Below, piece after piece: positions 63,100 through 64,000 of a stretch of 64,000 bases of DNA. The position numbers and the translations under genes were made by a program. The stretch comes from Mobula hypostoma. Lineage: Eukaryota. Numbering within the stretch: position 1 is the stretch's first letter; every line of letters starts with the position of its first letter. The notes under the pieces were generated by a model. The model made no database searches. It was not told the origin of the DNA and saw only the letters and a list, made by a program, of their open reading frames with translations. Where the stretch lies: positions 21,886,001 to 21,950,000 of the forward strand of contig NC_086108.1 of NCBI RefSeq assembly GCF_963921235.1, given 5' to 3'.

Positions 63100-64000
63100 G
63101 TGAAGTGTCACCCATACTACCTGACAAGGGCATTCACTTTAGCTATCCTGATGGCAGTCTCCACCCCACCTCAAACTGACATGGAGCCTGCATTGAGTGA
63201 TCTATACTCTGTGGTCAGCAGCTTTGAAAAGGGATACCCAAAGGCCTTTTTCATCATTGACGGTGACTTTAACCAGAACAACTTCAAGAGCATGTCTCCT
63301 GACCCATCAGAGGATCAAGCACTCTTGACATTGGTATACACCATCAAAGGTGCCTACTAAACCATCCTTCATCCATATTTTGGTAAATCAGACCACTAGG
63401 CTGTGCTCCTACTTCCTGCATACAAATAGAATCTAGTACAGAAAGTCATACAATGCTGGTCTGGGAAAACAGATGAGATTTTATGCAACTGCTTGAGTCA
63501 GTAGACTGGTCCATGTTCAAAGATTCAGCTGCCAGCCAAGATGAGTATGACAACACCATCAGGGACCTTATCAGCAAGTATGTTGAGGATTTGTACCAAA
63601 GAGGACAATCTGGGTTTTCCCAAACCAGAAACCGTGGATGAACTGGGAGATCAACTCTCTTCTCCAGTTTAGGTCTGCAGCATTCAAATCAGGTGATCCT
63701 GAGTTTTATAAGAAAACAAGATATGTACTCTCTAAAGCTATCAGAGATGTTAAGAGACAGTACCAGTCTAAAACTGAGTCCCAGTCCAGCCGTCAATTGT
63801 GGCAGGGCTTGCATACCTAATGGGCTACCAAAGTTGCATAGCATTGCTGACAGCAGCACAATTCCTTCGTAATGAGCTTCACAATTCTCTGTATGTTTTG
63901 AGCAGAAGGGAAATGAGTATGAAACGAGACCATCTGCAGTCACTGTCATGGATGTAAAATCAGTCTCTGGAGGGTGATCCTATGGAAAGCATGAGGCCTG
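63100..64000 (+). mobile_element. Decayed Rex1/Babar-type LINE endonuclease/linker region, running off the window
   Basis: PPQ...GDFNQ, FGKSDH, PNQKPWMN, FKSGD..Y...RY.L.KAI and RQLWQGL motifs. Confidence 0.75.

Overview
This is vertebrate nuclear DNA, not prokaryotic. The window is almost entirely one large intron on the + strand. One convincing host exon lies at 61552-61676 and encodes (D)VKGPPTHRLSCGQSPY...KYCMLTDSQMILLNREEE, which I recognise as an early coding exon of the RasGAP RASAL2. A candidate alternative first coding exon sits upstream at 56968-57037. The rest is a dense, often nested transposable-element landscape. It includes a near-complete CR1 LINE (esterase ORF1 plus APE-RT ORF2), many decayed CR1 and Rex1/Babar LINE pieces, an I/Nimb-clade LINE with RNase H, tRNA-derived V-SINEs, Tigger (pogo) and hAT MITEs, solo LTRs, and many Penelope-like element (PLE) pieces. 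The repeat mix suggests a cartilaginous fish (inference). The most interesting signals are: (1) minimal type I hammerhead ribozyme motifs at the PLE 3' ends, including an intact + strand copy at 6881-6918 inside a ~1 kb fold-back insertion and a tandem variant pair at ~52685-52764; (2) a Tigger3/MER7-like element that looks very close to the mammalian consensus as I remember it, a possible horizontal transfer; (3) a phase-compatible candidate alternative RASAL2 start exon; (4) multi-layer nested insertions with readable target-site duplications (TSDs). I found no evidence for a wholly new protein-coding system. Most ORFs in the track are repeat-derived or spurious. Family assignments are from memory of motifs, not from database searches.
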